64,000 nucleotides of DNA from Squalus acanthias (Eukaryota), in the NCBI GenBank assembly GCA_030390025.1, contig CM059431.1:146818001-146882000 (forward strand). The letters are read 5' to 3'. Under the pieces are notes generated by a model. The model was not told the DNA's origin. It did not search any database and was given only the letters and a program-made list of their open reading frames with translations. Shown here piece after piece: positions 51,401 to 64,000 of this stretch (position 1 is its first letter; each line of letters begins with the position of its first letter). The translations under genes and the position numbers were made by a program.

Positions 51401-54400
51401 AGTTCCCAGTCCCACGGTTCCCCCACGCTGCCAGTTCCCAGTCCCACGGGTTCCCGCACTCTGCCAGTTCCCAGTCCCACGGGTTCCCACACACTGCCAG
51501 ATCAGAGTCCCAAGGGTTCCCGCACTCTGCCAGTTCCCCTTCCCACGGGTTCCCGCACTCTGCCAGTTCCCAGTCCCACGGGTTCCCACACTCTGCCAGT
51601 TCCCAGTCCCACGGGTTCCCACACTCTGCCAGTTCCCAGTCCCACGGTTCCCACACATCTGCCAGATCAGAGTCCCAAGGGTTCCCGCACTCTGCCAGTT
51701 CCCAGTCTCACGGATTCCCACTCTCTGCCAGATCCCAGTCCCACGGGTTCCCACACTCCGCCAGATCCCAGTCCCACGGGTTCCCACACTCTGCCAGGTC
51801 CCAGTCCCATGGGTTCCCACAATCTGCCAGTTCCCAGCCCCACGGTTCCCCCACTCTGCCAGTTCCCAGTCCCACGGGTTCCCGCACTCTGCCAGTTCCC
51901 AGTACCACGGGTTCCCACACTCTGCCAGTTCCCATTCCCACGGTTCCCACACTCTGCCAGTTCACAGTCCCACGGGTTCCCGCACTCTGCCAGTTTCCAG
52001 TCCCACGGGTTCCCACAATCTGTCAGATCCCAGTTTTACGGGTTCCCACAATCTGTCTGATCCCAGTCCCACGGGATCCCGCACTCTGCCAGATCCCAGT
52101 CTCACGGGTTCCCACACTCTGCCAGTTCCCAGTCTCACGGGTTCCCACTCTCTGCCAGATCCCAGTCCCACGGGTATCCGCACTCTGCCAGTTCCCAGTC
52201 CCACGGGTTCCCACACTCTGCCAGATCCCAGTCCCACGGGTTCCCACACTCTGTCTGATCCCAGTCCCACGGGTACCCGCACCCTGCCTGCTCCCAGTTC
52301 CACGTGTATCCACACTCTGCCAGTTCCCAGTCCCACGGGTTCCCACTCTCTGCCAGATCCCAGTACCACGGGATCCCACACTCTGCCAGATCAGAGTCCC
52401 AAGGGTTCCCACTCTCTGTCAGTTCCCAGTCCCACTGGTACACGCATTCTGACAGATTCCAGTTTCAAGTGTTCCCACAATCTGTCAGATTCCAGTCCCA
52501 CGGGTTCCCACACTGTGCCTAATCCCAGTCCCACGTGTACCCACACTCTGTCTGATCCCAGTCCCACGGGTACCCGCACCCTGCCAGTTCCCAGTCCCAC
52601 GTGTATCCACACTCTGCCAGTTCCCAGTCCCACGGCTTCCCACTCTCTGCCAGATCCCAGTCTCACGGGTTCCCGCACTCTGCCAGTTCCCAGTCCCACG
52701 GGTTCCCACAATCTGTCAGATCCCAGTCTCACGGGTTCCCACAATCTGTCTGATCCCAGTCCCACGGGTTCCCGCACTCTGCCAGATCCCAGTCTCAAAG
52801 GTTCCCACTCTCTGCCAGATCCCAGTCCCACGGATTCCAGCACTCTGCCAGTTTGCAGTCCCACGGGTTCCAGCACTCTGTCAGATCCCAGTCTCACGGG
52901 TTCCAGCGCTCTGCCAGTTCCCAGTCCCACGGGTTCCCCCACTCTGCCAGTTCCAGTCCCACGGATTCCTGCACTCTGACAGATCCCAGTCCCACGGGTT
53001 CCCCCACTCTGCCAGTTCCCAGTCCCCACGGGTTCCCAAACTCTGGCATTTCCCAGTCCCACGGGTTCCCGCACTCTGCCAGATCCCAATCCCACGGGTA
53101 CCCACACACTGCCAGTTCCCAGTCCCACGGATCCTGCACTCTTTGCAGTTCCCAGTCCACGGGTTCCCACACTCTGCCAATTCCCAGTCCCACGGTTCCC
53201 ACACTCTGCCAGTTCCCAGTCCCACGGGTTCCCCACTCTGCCAGATCCCAGTCCCACGGGTTCCCCACACCTGCCAGATCCCAGTCCCAGCGGTTCCCAC
53301 ACTCTGCCAGATCCCAGTCCCACGGTTCCCACACTCTGTCAGTTTCCAGTCCCACGGTTCCCACACTCTGCCAGATCCCAGTCCCACGGTTCCCACACTC
53401 TGCCAGTTCCCAGTCCCACGGATTCCTGCACTCTGCCAGTTTCCAGTCCCACGGGTTCACACACTCTGCCAGATCCCAGTCTCACGGTTTTCCGCATTCT
53501 GCCAGATCACAGTCCCACGGGTTCCCACAATCTGCCAGTTCCCAGTCCCGCGGGTTCCCACACTCTGCCAGGTCAAATTCCCAAGGGTTCCCACACTCTG
53601 CACTTCCCAGTCCCACGGGTTCCCACACTCTGCCAGATCAGAGTCCCAAGGGTTCCCACACTCTGCCAGTTTCCAGTCTCAAGGGTTCCCACAATCTGTC
53701 AGATTCCAGTCCCACGGGTTCCCACACTCTGCCAGATCCCAGTCTCACGGGTTCCCGCACCCTGCTAGTTCCCATTCCATGTGTATCCACACTCTGTCAG
53801 ATCCCTGTCCCACGGGTTCCCGTACCCTGCCAGTTCCCAGTCCCACGGGTTCCCACTCTCTGCAAGATCCCAGTCTCACGGGTGCCCGCACTCTGCCATT
53901 TTCCAGTCCCACGGGTTCCCACAATCTGTCTGATCCGAGTCCCATGGGTTCCCGCACTCTGCCAGATCCCAGTCCCACGTGTTCCCGCACTCTGCCAGAT
54001 CCCAGTCCCATGGGTTCCCGCACTCTGCCAGTTCACAGTCCCACGGGTTCCCACAATCTGCCATTTCCATGTCCCACGGGTTCCCACAATCTGTATGATC
54101 CCAGTCCCACGGATTTCCACACTCAGCCACATCCCAGTCACGCGTGTACCCACATTCTGTCAAATCCCAGTCCACGGATTCCCGCACCCTGCCAGTTCCC
54201 AGTCCCACGTGTACCCACACTCTGTCAGATCCCAGTCCCACGGGTTCCCGCTCCCTGCCAGTTCCCAGTCCCACGGGTTCCCGCACTCTGCCAGTTCCCA
54301 GTCTCACGGGTAGCTGCACTCTGCCAGTTTCCAGTCCCACGGGTTCCCACAATCTGTCTGATCCCAGTCCCACGGTACCCGCACTCTGCCAGATCCCAGT

Positions 54401-57400
54401 CTCAAAGGTTCCCACTCTCTGCCAGATCCCAGTCCCACGGGTTCCAGCACTCTGCCAGTTTGCAGTCCCACGGGTTCCAGCACACTGTCAGATCCCAGTC
54501 TCACGGGTTCCAGCACTCTGCCAGTTCCCAGTCCCACGGGTTCCCCCACTCTGCCAGTTCCCAGTCCCACGGGTTCCCAAACTCTGGCATTTCCCAGTCC
54601 CACGGGTTCCCGCACTCTGCCAGATCCCAATCCCACGGGTACCCACACACTGCCAGTTCCCAGTCCCACGGATTCCTGCACTCTGCCAGATCCCAATCCC
54701 ACGGGTTCCCACACTCTGCCTGATCCCAGTCCCACGGGTTCCCGCACACTGCCATTTTCCAGTCCCACGGGTTCCCGCACTCTGCCAGATCCCAGTCCCA
54801 TGGGTTCCCACACTCTGCCATTTTCCAGTCCCACGGGTTCCCGCACTCTGCCAGATCCCAGTCTCACGGTTTTCCGCACGCTGCCAGATCCCAGTCCCAC
54901 GGGTTCCCACACTCTGACTGATCCCAGTCCCACGGGTACCCACACTCTGCCAGTTCCCAGTCCCACGGTTCCCACACTCTGCCAGATCAGAGTCCCAAGA
55001 GTTCCCACACTCTGCCAGTTCCCAGTCCCACGGGTTACCACACTCTGCTAGATCCCAGTCCCACGGGTTCCCAAACTCTGCCAGTTCCCAGTCCCACTGG
55101 AACACGCATTCTGACAGATTACAGTCTCAAGAGTTCCCACACTCTGCCAGTTCCCAGTCCCACGGGTTCCCAAACTTTGGCGCTTCCCATTCCCACGGGT
55201 TCCCACACTCTGCTAGATCAGAGTCCCAAGGGTTCCCACACTCTGCCAATTCCCAGTCCCACGGGTTCCCACACTCTGCCAATTCACAGTCCCAAGGGTT
55301 CCCACACTCTGCCATTTTCCAGTCCCTCGGGTTGCCGCACTCTGCCAGATCCCAGTCTCACGGTTTTCCGCACTCTGCCAGATCCCAGTCCCACGGGTTC
55401 CCACACTCTGCCTGATCCCGGTCCCACGGGTTCCCACACTCTGCCAGTTCCCAGTCCCACGGTTCCCACACTCTGCCAGATCAGAGTCCCAAGAGTTCCC
55501 ACACTCTGCCAGTTCCTAGTCCCACGGGTTCCCACACTCTGCCAGGTCCCAGTCCCAAGGGTTCCCACACTCTGCCAGTTCCCAGTCCCACGGTTCCCCC
55601 ACTCTGCTAGTTCCCAGTCCCACGGGTTCCCACACTCTGCCAGTTCCCAGTCCCACGGTTCCCGCACTCTGCCAGTTCCCAGTCCCATGGGTTCCCGCAC
55701 TCTGCCAGTTCACAGTCCCACGGGTTCCCACACTCAGCCCGTTCCCATTCCCACGGATTCCTACACTCTGACAGATCCCAGTCCCACGGGTACCCCCACT
55801 CTGCCAGTTCCCAGTCCCACGGGTTCCCAAACTCTGGCATTTCCCAGTCCCACGGGTTCCCGCACTCTGCCAGATCCCAATCCCACGGGTACCCACACAC
55901 TGCCAGTTCCCAGTCCCACGGATTCCTGCACTCTGCCAGATCCCAATCCCACGGGTTCCCACACTCTGCCTGATCCCAGTCCCACGGGTTCCCACACTCT
56001 GCCATTTTCCAGTCCCACGGGTTCCCGCACTCTGCCAGATCCCAGTCTCACGGTTTTCCGCACTCTGCCAGATCCCAGTCCCACGGGTTCCCACATTCTG
56101 CGTGATCCCAGTCCCACGGGTACCCACACTCTGCCAGTTCCCAGTCCCACGGTTCCCACACTCTGCCAGATCAGAGTCCCAAGAGTTCCCACACTCTGCC
56201 AGTTCCCATTCCCACGGGTTCCCAAACTCTGCCAGTTCCCAGTCCCACTGGAACACGCATTCTGACAGATTCCAGTCTCAAGAATTCCCACACTCTGCCA
56301 GTTCCCAGTCCCAAGGGTTCCCACACTCTGCCTGATCCTGGTCCCACGGGTTCCCACACTCTGCCAGTTCCCAGTCCCACGGTTCCCACACTCTGCCAGA
56401 TCAGAGTCCCAAGATTTCCCGCACTCTGCCAGGTCCCACTCCCACGGGTTCCCACACTCTGCCAGTTCCCAGTCCCACGGTTCCCCCACTCTGCTAGTTC
56501 CCAGTCCCACGGGTTCCCACACTCTGCCAGTTCCCAGTCCCACGGGTTCCCACACTCTGCCAGTTCCCAGTCCCATGGGTTCCCGCACTCTGCCAGTTCC
56601 CAGTCCCATGGGTTCCCACACTCTGCCAGTTCCCAGTCCCACGGGTTCCCACACTCTGCCAGTTTCCAGTCCCACGGGTTCCCACAATCTGTCAGATCCC
56701 AGTCTCACGGGTTCCCACAATCTGTCTGATCCCAGTCCCACGGGTTCCCGCACTCTGCCAGATCCCAGTCTCACGGGTTCCCACACTCTGCCAGTTCCCA
56801 GTCCCACGGGTTCCCGCACTCTGCCAGTTCCCAGTCCCACGGGTTCCCACACTCTGGCAGTTCCCAATCCCACGGGTTCCCACTCTCTGCCAGTTCCCAG
56901 TCCCATGGGTTCCCACACTCTGCCAGGTCCCAGTCCCACGGGTTCCCACACTCTGCCAGTTCCCAGTCCCACGGTTCCCCCACTCTGCCAGTTCCCAGTC
57001 CCACGGGTTCCCGCACTCTGCTAGTTCCCAGTCCCACGGGTTCCCGCACTCTGCTAGTTCCCAGTCCCACGGGATCCCACACTCTGCCAGTTCCCAGTCC
57101 CACGGGTTCCCGCACTCTGCCAGATCAGAGTCCCAAGGGTTCCCGCACTCTGCCAGTTCCCAGTCCCACGGATTCCTACACTCTGACAGATCCCAGTCCC
57201 ACGGGTACCCCCACTCTGCCAGTTCCCAGTCCCACGGGTTCCCAAACTCTGGCATTTCCCAGTCCCACGGGTTCCCGCACTCTGCCAGATCCCAATCCCA
57301 CGGGTACCCACACACTGCCAGTTCCCAGTCCCACGGATTCCTGCACTCTGCCAGATCCCAATCCCACGGGTTCCCACACTCTGCCTGATCCCAGTCCCAC

Positions 57401-57660
57401 GGGTTCCCGCACACTGCCATTTTCCAGTCCCACGGGTTCCCGCACTCTGCCAGAACCCAGTCTCACGGTTTTCCGCACTCTGCCAGATCCCAGTCCCACG
57501 GGTTCCCACATTCTGCGTGATCCCAGTCCCACGGGTACCCACACTCTGCCAGTTCCCAGTCCCACGGTTCCCACACTCTGCCAGATCAGTGTCCCAAGAG
57601 TTCCCACACTCTGCCAGTTCCCAGTCCCACGGTTCCCACACTCTGCCAGATCAGAGTCCC
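15470..57660. repeat. 33-bp satellite array, ~42 kb, ~1,280 monomers, with higher-order repeats
   Basis: Uninterrupted head-to-tail CTCTGCCAG(A/T)TCCCAGTC(C/T)CACGGGTTCCC(A/G)CA in a single orientation; occasional 32-bp monomers; ends at the gap. Confidence 0.99.
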
Positions 57661-57860
57661 NNNNNNNNNNNNNNNNNNNNNNNNNNNNNNNNNNNNNNNN
57701 NNNNNNNNNNNNNNNNNNNNNNNNNNNNNNNNNNNNNNNNNNNNNNNNNNNNNNNNNNNNNNNNNNNNNNNNNNNNNNNNNNNNNNNNNNNNNNNNNNNN
57801 NNNNNNNNNNNNNNNNNNNNNNNNNNNNNNNNNNNNNNNNNNNNNNNNNNNNNNNNNNNN
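57661..57860. other. Assembly gap (200 N)
   Basis: Exactly 200 Ns, a round placeholder size typical of scaffolding; true length unknown. Confidence 0.99.
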
Positions 57861-60800
57861 GAAAGTGAATGGACAGATACCATCAATGGATTGGGAAAGT
57901 GAATGGACAGATACCATCAATGGATTGGGAAAGTGAATGGACAGATACCATCAATGGATTGGGAAAGTGAATGGACAGATACCATCAATGGATTGGGAAA
58001 GTGAATGGACAGATACCATCATTGGATTTGGAAAGTGAGTGGACAGATACCATCAATAGATTGGGAAAGTGTATGGACAGCTACCATCAATGAACTGGGA
58101 AAGTGAATGGACAGATACCATCAATGGATTGGGAAAGTGAATGGACAGATACCATCAATAGACTGGGAAAGTGAATGGACAGATACCATCAATGGATTGG
58201 GAAAGTGAATGGACAGTTACCATCAATGGATTGGGAATGTGAATGGACAGATATCATTAATGGATTAGGCAAATCAATGCACACATACCATCAATGGATT
58301 GGGAAAGTGAATGGACAGATACCATCAATGGATTGATAAAGTGAATGGACAGATAGCATCAATGGATTGGGAAAGTGAGTGGACAGATACCATCAATAGA
58401 CTGGGAAAGTGAATGGACAGATACCATCAATGGATTGGAAAGTGAATGGACAGTTACCATCAATGGATTGGGAAAGTGAATGGACAGATATCATTAATGG
58501 ATTGGGGAAATCAATGCACAGATACTATTAATGGATTGGGAAAGTGAATGGACAGATACCATCAATGGATTGGGAAAGGGAATGAACAGATACCATCAAT
58601 GGATTGATAAAGTGAATGTACAGATACCATCAATGAATTGGGAAAGTTAATGGACAGATAGCATCAATGAATTGATAAAGTGAATGGACAGATACCATCA
58701 TTGGATTGGGAAAGTTAATGAACAGATACCATCAATGGATTGATAAAGTGAATGGACAGATACCATCATTGGATTGGGGAAGTTAATGGACAGATACCAT
58801 CGATGGATTGAGAAAGTTAATGGACAGATACCATCAATGGATTGGGAAAGTTAATCGACAGATACCATCAATGGATTGGGAAAGTGAATGGACAGATACC
58901 ATCAATGGATTGGGAAAGTGAATGGACAGATACCATCAATGGATTGGGAAAGTTAATCGACAGAAACCATCGATGGATTGGGAAAGTGAATGGACAGATA
59001 CCATCAATGGATTGGGAAAGTTAATGGACAGATACTATCAATGAACTGGGAAACTGAATGGACAGATTCCATCAATGGATTGGGAAAGTGAACGGACAGA
59101 TACCATCAATGGATTGATAAAGTGAATGGACAGATACCATCATTGGATTGGGAAAGTGAATGGGCGGATACCATCAATAGTTTGGGAAAGTGAATGGACA
59201 GATACCATCAATGGATTGGGAAAGTGAATGGACAGATACCATCATTGGATAGGGAAAGTTAATGGACAGATACCATCATTGGATTGGGAAAGTGAATGGA
59301 CGGATACCATCAATAGATTGGGAAATTTAATGGACAGATACCATCAATAGATTGGGAAAGTGAATGAACAGATACCTTCAATGGATTGGGAAAGTGAATG
59401 GACAGATACCATCATTGGATGGGTAAAGTGAATGTACAGATACCTTCAATGGATTGGGAAAGTGAATGGACAGATACCATCATTGGATTGATAAAGTGAA
59501 TGGACAGATACCATCAATAGATTGGGAAAGTGAATGGACAGATACCATCATTGGACTGGGAAAGTGAATGGACGGATACCATCAATTGATTGGGAAAGTG
59601 AATGGAAAGATACCATCAATGGATTGGGAAAGTGAATGGACAGATACCATCAATGGATTGGGAAAGTGAATGGACGGATACCTTCAATAGATTGGGAAAG
59701 TGAATGTACAGATACCATCAATGGATTGGGAAAGTGAATGGACAGATACCATCATTGGATTTGGAAAGTGAGTGGACAGATACCATCAATAGATTGGGAA
59801 AGTGTATGGACAGCTACCATCAATGAACTGGGAAAGTGAATGGACAGATACCATCAATGGATTGGGAAAGTGAATGGACAGATACCATCAATAGACTGGG
59901 AAAGTGAATGGACAGATACCATCAATGGATTGGGAAAGTTAATCGACAGATACCATCAATGGATTGGGAAAGTGAATGGACAGATACCATCAATGGATTG
60001 GGAAAGTGAATGGACAGATACCATCAATGGATTGGGAAAGTTAATCGACAGAAACCATCGATGGATTGGGAAAGTGAATGGACAGATACCATCAATGGAT
60101 TGGGTAAGTTAATGGACAGATACTATCAATGAACTGGGAAACTGAATGGACAGATTCCATCAATGGATTGGGAAAGTGAACGGACAGATACCATCAATGG
60201 ATTGATAAAGTGAATGGACAGATACCATCATTGGATTGGGAAAGTGAATGGGCGGATACCATCAATAGTTTGGGAAAGTGAATGGACAGATACCATCAAT
60301 GGATTGGGAAAGTGAATGGACAGATACCATCAATGGATTGGGAAAGACAATGGACCGATACCATCAATGGATTGGGAAAGTGAATGGACAGAAACCATCA
60401 TTCGAAGGGGAAAGTGAATGGACAGATACCATCAATGGATTGGGAAAGTGAATGGACAGATACCATCAATGGATTGGGAAAGTCAATGGACCGATACCAT
60501 CAATGGATTGGGAAAGTGAATGGACAGAAACCATCATTCGATGGGGAAAGTGAATGGACAGATACCATCAATTCATTGGGAAAGTGAATGGACAGATACC
60601 ATCAATAGATTGAGAAAGTGAATGGACAGATAGCATCAATGGATTGGGAAAGTGAGTGGACAGATACCATCAATAGACTGGGAAAGTGAATGGACAGATA
60701 CCATCAATGGATTGGGAAAGTGAATGGACAGTTACCACCAATGGATTGGGAAAGTGAATGGACAGATATAATTAATGGATTAGGGAAATCAATGCACACA

Positions 60801-63800
60801 TACCATCAATGGATTGGGAAAGTGAATGGACAGATACCATCAATGGATTGACAAAGTGAATGGACAGATACCATCAATGGATTGGGAAAGTTAATGGACA
60901 GATACCATCAATGGATTGATAAAGTGAATGGACAGATACCATCATTGGATTAGGAAAGTGAATGTTCGGATACCATCAATAGATTGGAAAGTGAATAGAC
61001 AGATACCATCAATGGATTGATAAAGTGAATGGACAGTTACTATCAATGGATTGGGAAAGTGAATGGACAGATATCATTAATGGATTAGGGAAATCAATGC
61101 ACACATACCATCAATGGATTGGGAAAGTGAATGGACAGATACCATCAATGGATTGATAAAGTGAATGGACAGATACCATTCAAGGATTGGGAAAGTTAAT
61201 GGACAGATAGCATCAATGGATTGATAAAGTGAATGGACAGGTACCATCAAAGGATTGGGAAAGTGAATGGACAGATACCATCAATGGATTGGGAAAGTTA
61301 ATCGACAGATACCATCAATGGATTGGGAAAGTGAATGGACAGATAACATCAATGGATTGGGAAAGTTAATGGACAGATACCATCAATGAACTGGGAAGCT
61401 GACTGGACAGATTCCATCAATGGATTGGGAAAGTGAACGGACAGATACCATCAATGGATTGGGAAGGAGAATGGCGAGATACCATCAATGGATTGGGAAG
61501 TGAATGGACAGCTAACATCAATGGACTGGGAAAGTGAATGGACAGATACCATCAATGGATTGGGAATGTGTATGGAGAGATACCATCAATGGATTGGAAA
61601 AGTGAATGGACAGTTACCATCAATGGATTGGGAAAGTGAATGGACGGATACCATCAATGGATTGATAAAGAGAATGGACAGATACCATCAATTGATTGGG
61701 AAAGTGAATGGACAGATACCATCAATGGATTGGGAAAGTGAATGGACGGATAACATCAATAGATTGGGAAAGTGAATGGACAGATACCATCAATGGATTG
61801 GGAAAGTGAATGGACAGATACCATCAATGGATTGGGAAAGTGAATGGACGGATACCATCAATATAATGGGAAAGTGAATGTACAGATACCATCAATGGAT
61901 TGGGAAAATGAATGGACAGATACCACAATTGGATTGGGAAAGTGAATGGACAGATACCATCAATGGATGGGGAAATTGAATGGACAGATGCCATCATTGG
62001 ATTGGGAAAGTGAATGGACAGATACCATCATTGGATTGGGAAAGTGAATGGACAGCTACCATCAATGGATTTTGGAAAGTCAATGGACCGATACCATCAA
62101 TGGATTGGGTAAGTGAATGGACAGATATCATCAATGGATTGGGAAAGTGAATGGACAGATACCATCAATGGATTGGGAAAGTGAAATGACAGATACCATC
62201 ATTGGATTGGGAAAGTGAATGGACAGATACCATCAATGGATTTTGGAAAGTCAATGGACCGATACCATCAATAGATTGGGAAAGAGAATGGACAGTTACC
62301 ATCAATGGATTGGGAAAGTGAATGGACAGATACCATCATTGGATTGGGAAAGTGCATGTTCGGATACCATCAATAGATTGGGAAAGAGAATGGACAGATA
62401 CCATCAATGGATTGATAAAGTGAATGGACAGATACCATCAATGGATTGGGAAAGTGAATGGACAGATACCATCATTGGATTGGGAAAGTTAATGAACAGA
62501 TACCATCAATGGATTGATAAAGTGAATGGACAGATACCATCATTGGATTGGGGAAGTTAATGGACAGATACCATCGATGGATTGAGAAAGTTAATGGACA
62601 GATACCATCAATGGATTGGGAAAGTTAATCGACAGATACCATCAATGGATTGGGAAAGTGAATGGACAGATACCATCAATGGATTGGGAAAGTGAATGGA
62701 CAGATACCATCAATGGATTGGGAAAGTTAATCGACAGAAACCATCAATGGATTGGGAAAGTGAATGGACAGATACCATCAATGGATTGGGAAAGTTAATG
62801 GACAGATACTATCAATGAACTGGGAAACTGAATGGACAGATTCCATCAATGGATTGGGAAAGTGAACGGACAGATACCATCAATGGATTGATAAAGTGAA
62901 TGGACAGATACCATCATTGGATTGGGAAAGTGAATGGACGGATACCATCAATAGATTGGGAAAGTGAATGGACAGATACCATCAATGGATTGGGAAAGTG
63001 AATGGACAGATACCATCAATGGATTGGGAAAGACAATGGACCGATAGCATCAATGGATTGGGAAAGTGAATGGACAGAAACCATCATTCGAAGGGGAAAG
63101 TGAATGGACAGATACCATCAATGGATTGGGAAAGTGAATGGACAGATACCATCAATGGATTGGGAAAGTCAATGGACCGATACCATCAATGGATTGGGAA
63201 AGTGAATGGACAGAAACCATCATTCGATGGGGAAAGTGAATGGACAGATACCATCAATTCATTGGGAAAGTGAATGGACAGATACCATCAATAGATTGAG
63301 AAAGTGAATGGACAGATAGCAACAATGGATTGGGAAAGTGAGTGGACAGATACCATCAATAGACTGGGAAAGTGAATGGACAGTTACCACCAATGGATTG
63401 GGAAAGTGAATGGACAGATATAATTAATGGATTAGGGAAATCAATGCACACATACCATCAATGGATTGGGAAAGTGAATGGACAGATACCATCAATGGAT
63501 TGACAAAGTGAATGGACAGATACCATCAATGGATTGGGAAAGTTAATGGACAGATACCATCAATGGATTGATAAAGTGAATGGACAGATACCATCATTGG
63601 ATTGGGAAAGTGAATGTTCGGATACCATCAATAGATTGGGAAAGTGAATAGACAGATACCATCAATGGATTGATAAAGTGAATGGACAGATACCATCAAT
63701 GGATTGGGAAAGTGAATGGACAGTTACCATCAATGGATTGGGAAAGTGAATGGACAGATATCATTAATGGATTTGGGAAATCAATGCACACATACCATCA

Positions 63801-64000
63801 ATGGATTGGGAAAGTGAATGGACAGATACCATCAATGGATTGATAAAGTGAATGGACAGATACCATCAATGGATTGGGAAAGTTAATGGACAGATAGCAT
63901 CAATGGATTGATAAAGTGAATGGACAGGTACCATCAAAGGATTGGGAAAGTGAATGGACAGATACCATCAATGGATTTGGAAAGTTAATCGACAGATACC
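57861..64000. repeat. 34-bp satellite array (~180 monomers in window, continues off right edge)
   Basis: Head-to-tail GAAAGTGAATGGACAGATACCATCAATGGATTGG with recurrent variants (GTTAATCGAC, ATTGATAAAG, AATCAATGCACAC). Confidence 0.99.

Noticed and set aside
16087..57420. Cys/Trp-rich minus-strand repeats ([11 protein letters not shown]) as zinc-finger or similar domains
   Set aside because: One Cys per 11 aa and no C2H2 spacing or linker; it is just another reading frame of the satellite.
15336..57660. Long Pro/Ser/Thr/His-rich ORFs (up to 1168 aa) as a mucin/extensin-like gene
   Set aside because: They arise because a 33-bp stop-free monomer is open in all six frames. 32-bp monomers fixed across HOR copies switch frames mid-ORF, so no frame is preserved; there is no signal peptide or unique domain; the 1168-aa ORF begins in antisense CR1.
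57176..57936. ORFs spanning the gap
   Set aside because: Artefacts of translating Ns.
58842..63273. ORFs in the 34-bp array
   Set aside because: Three-frame cycling of the satellite monomer, with frequent stops.
15470..64000. CRISPR-like arrays (33/34-bp repeats)
   Set aside because: Monomers are directly head-to-tail with no unique spacers, there are no cas genes, and the context is a vertebrate genome.

Overview
This is non-coding, repeat-dominated vertebrate DNA. The CR1/L2 LINE types and the HE1-like V-SINE suggest a cartilaginous fish, which is an inference from family recognition. I found no intact protein-coding gene. 1-15.46 kb is a patchwork of decayed CR1 and L2 LINE fragments (some nested), a tRNA-derived SINE and three small minisatellites (55, 32 and 38-40 bp). 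It also holds two diverged copies (~3.1-4.3 kb and ~10.7-12.0 kb) of a CpG-rich promoter/first-exon-like module on the minus strand, with an orphan spliceable exon (6092-6250) between them. 15.47-57.66 kb is a ~42 kb array of a 33-bp satellite (consensus CTCTGCCAGATCCCAGTCCCACGGGTTCCCACA, ~1,280 monomers by length) with nested higher-order repeats. A 200-N scaffold gap follows, then a different 34-bp satellite (GAAAGTGAATGGACAGATACCATCAATGGATTGG) runs to the window end. The hundreds of ORFs in the track from 15.3 kb onward are by-products of the satellites; the 33-bp monomer is stop-free in all six frames. I cannot support a new biological system here. The best leads are the satellite architecture, its possible origin from a nearby minisatellite, and the duplicated promoter module with copy-number-variable NRF1-like repeats.
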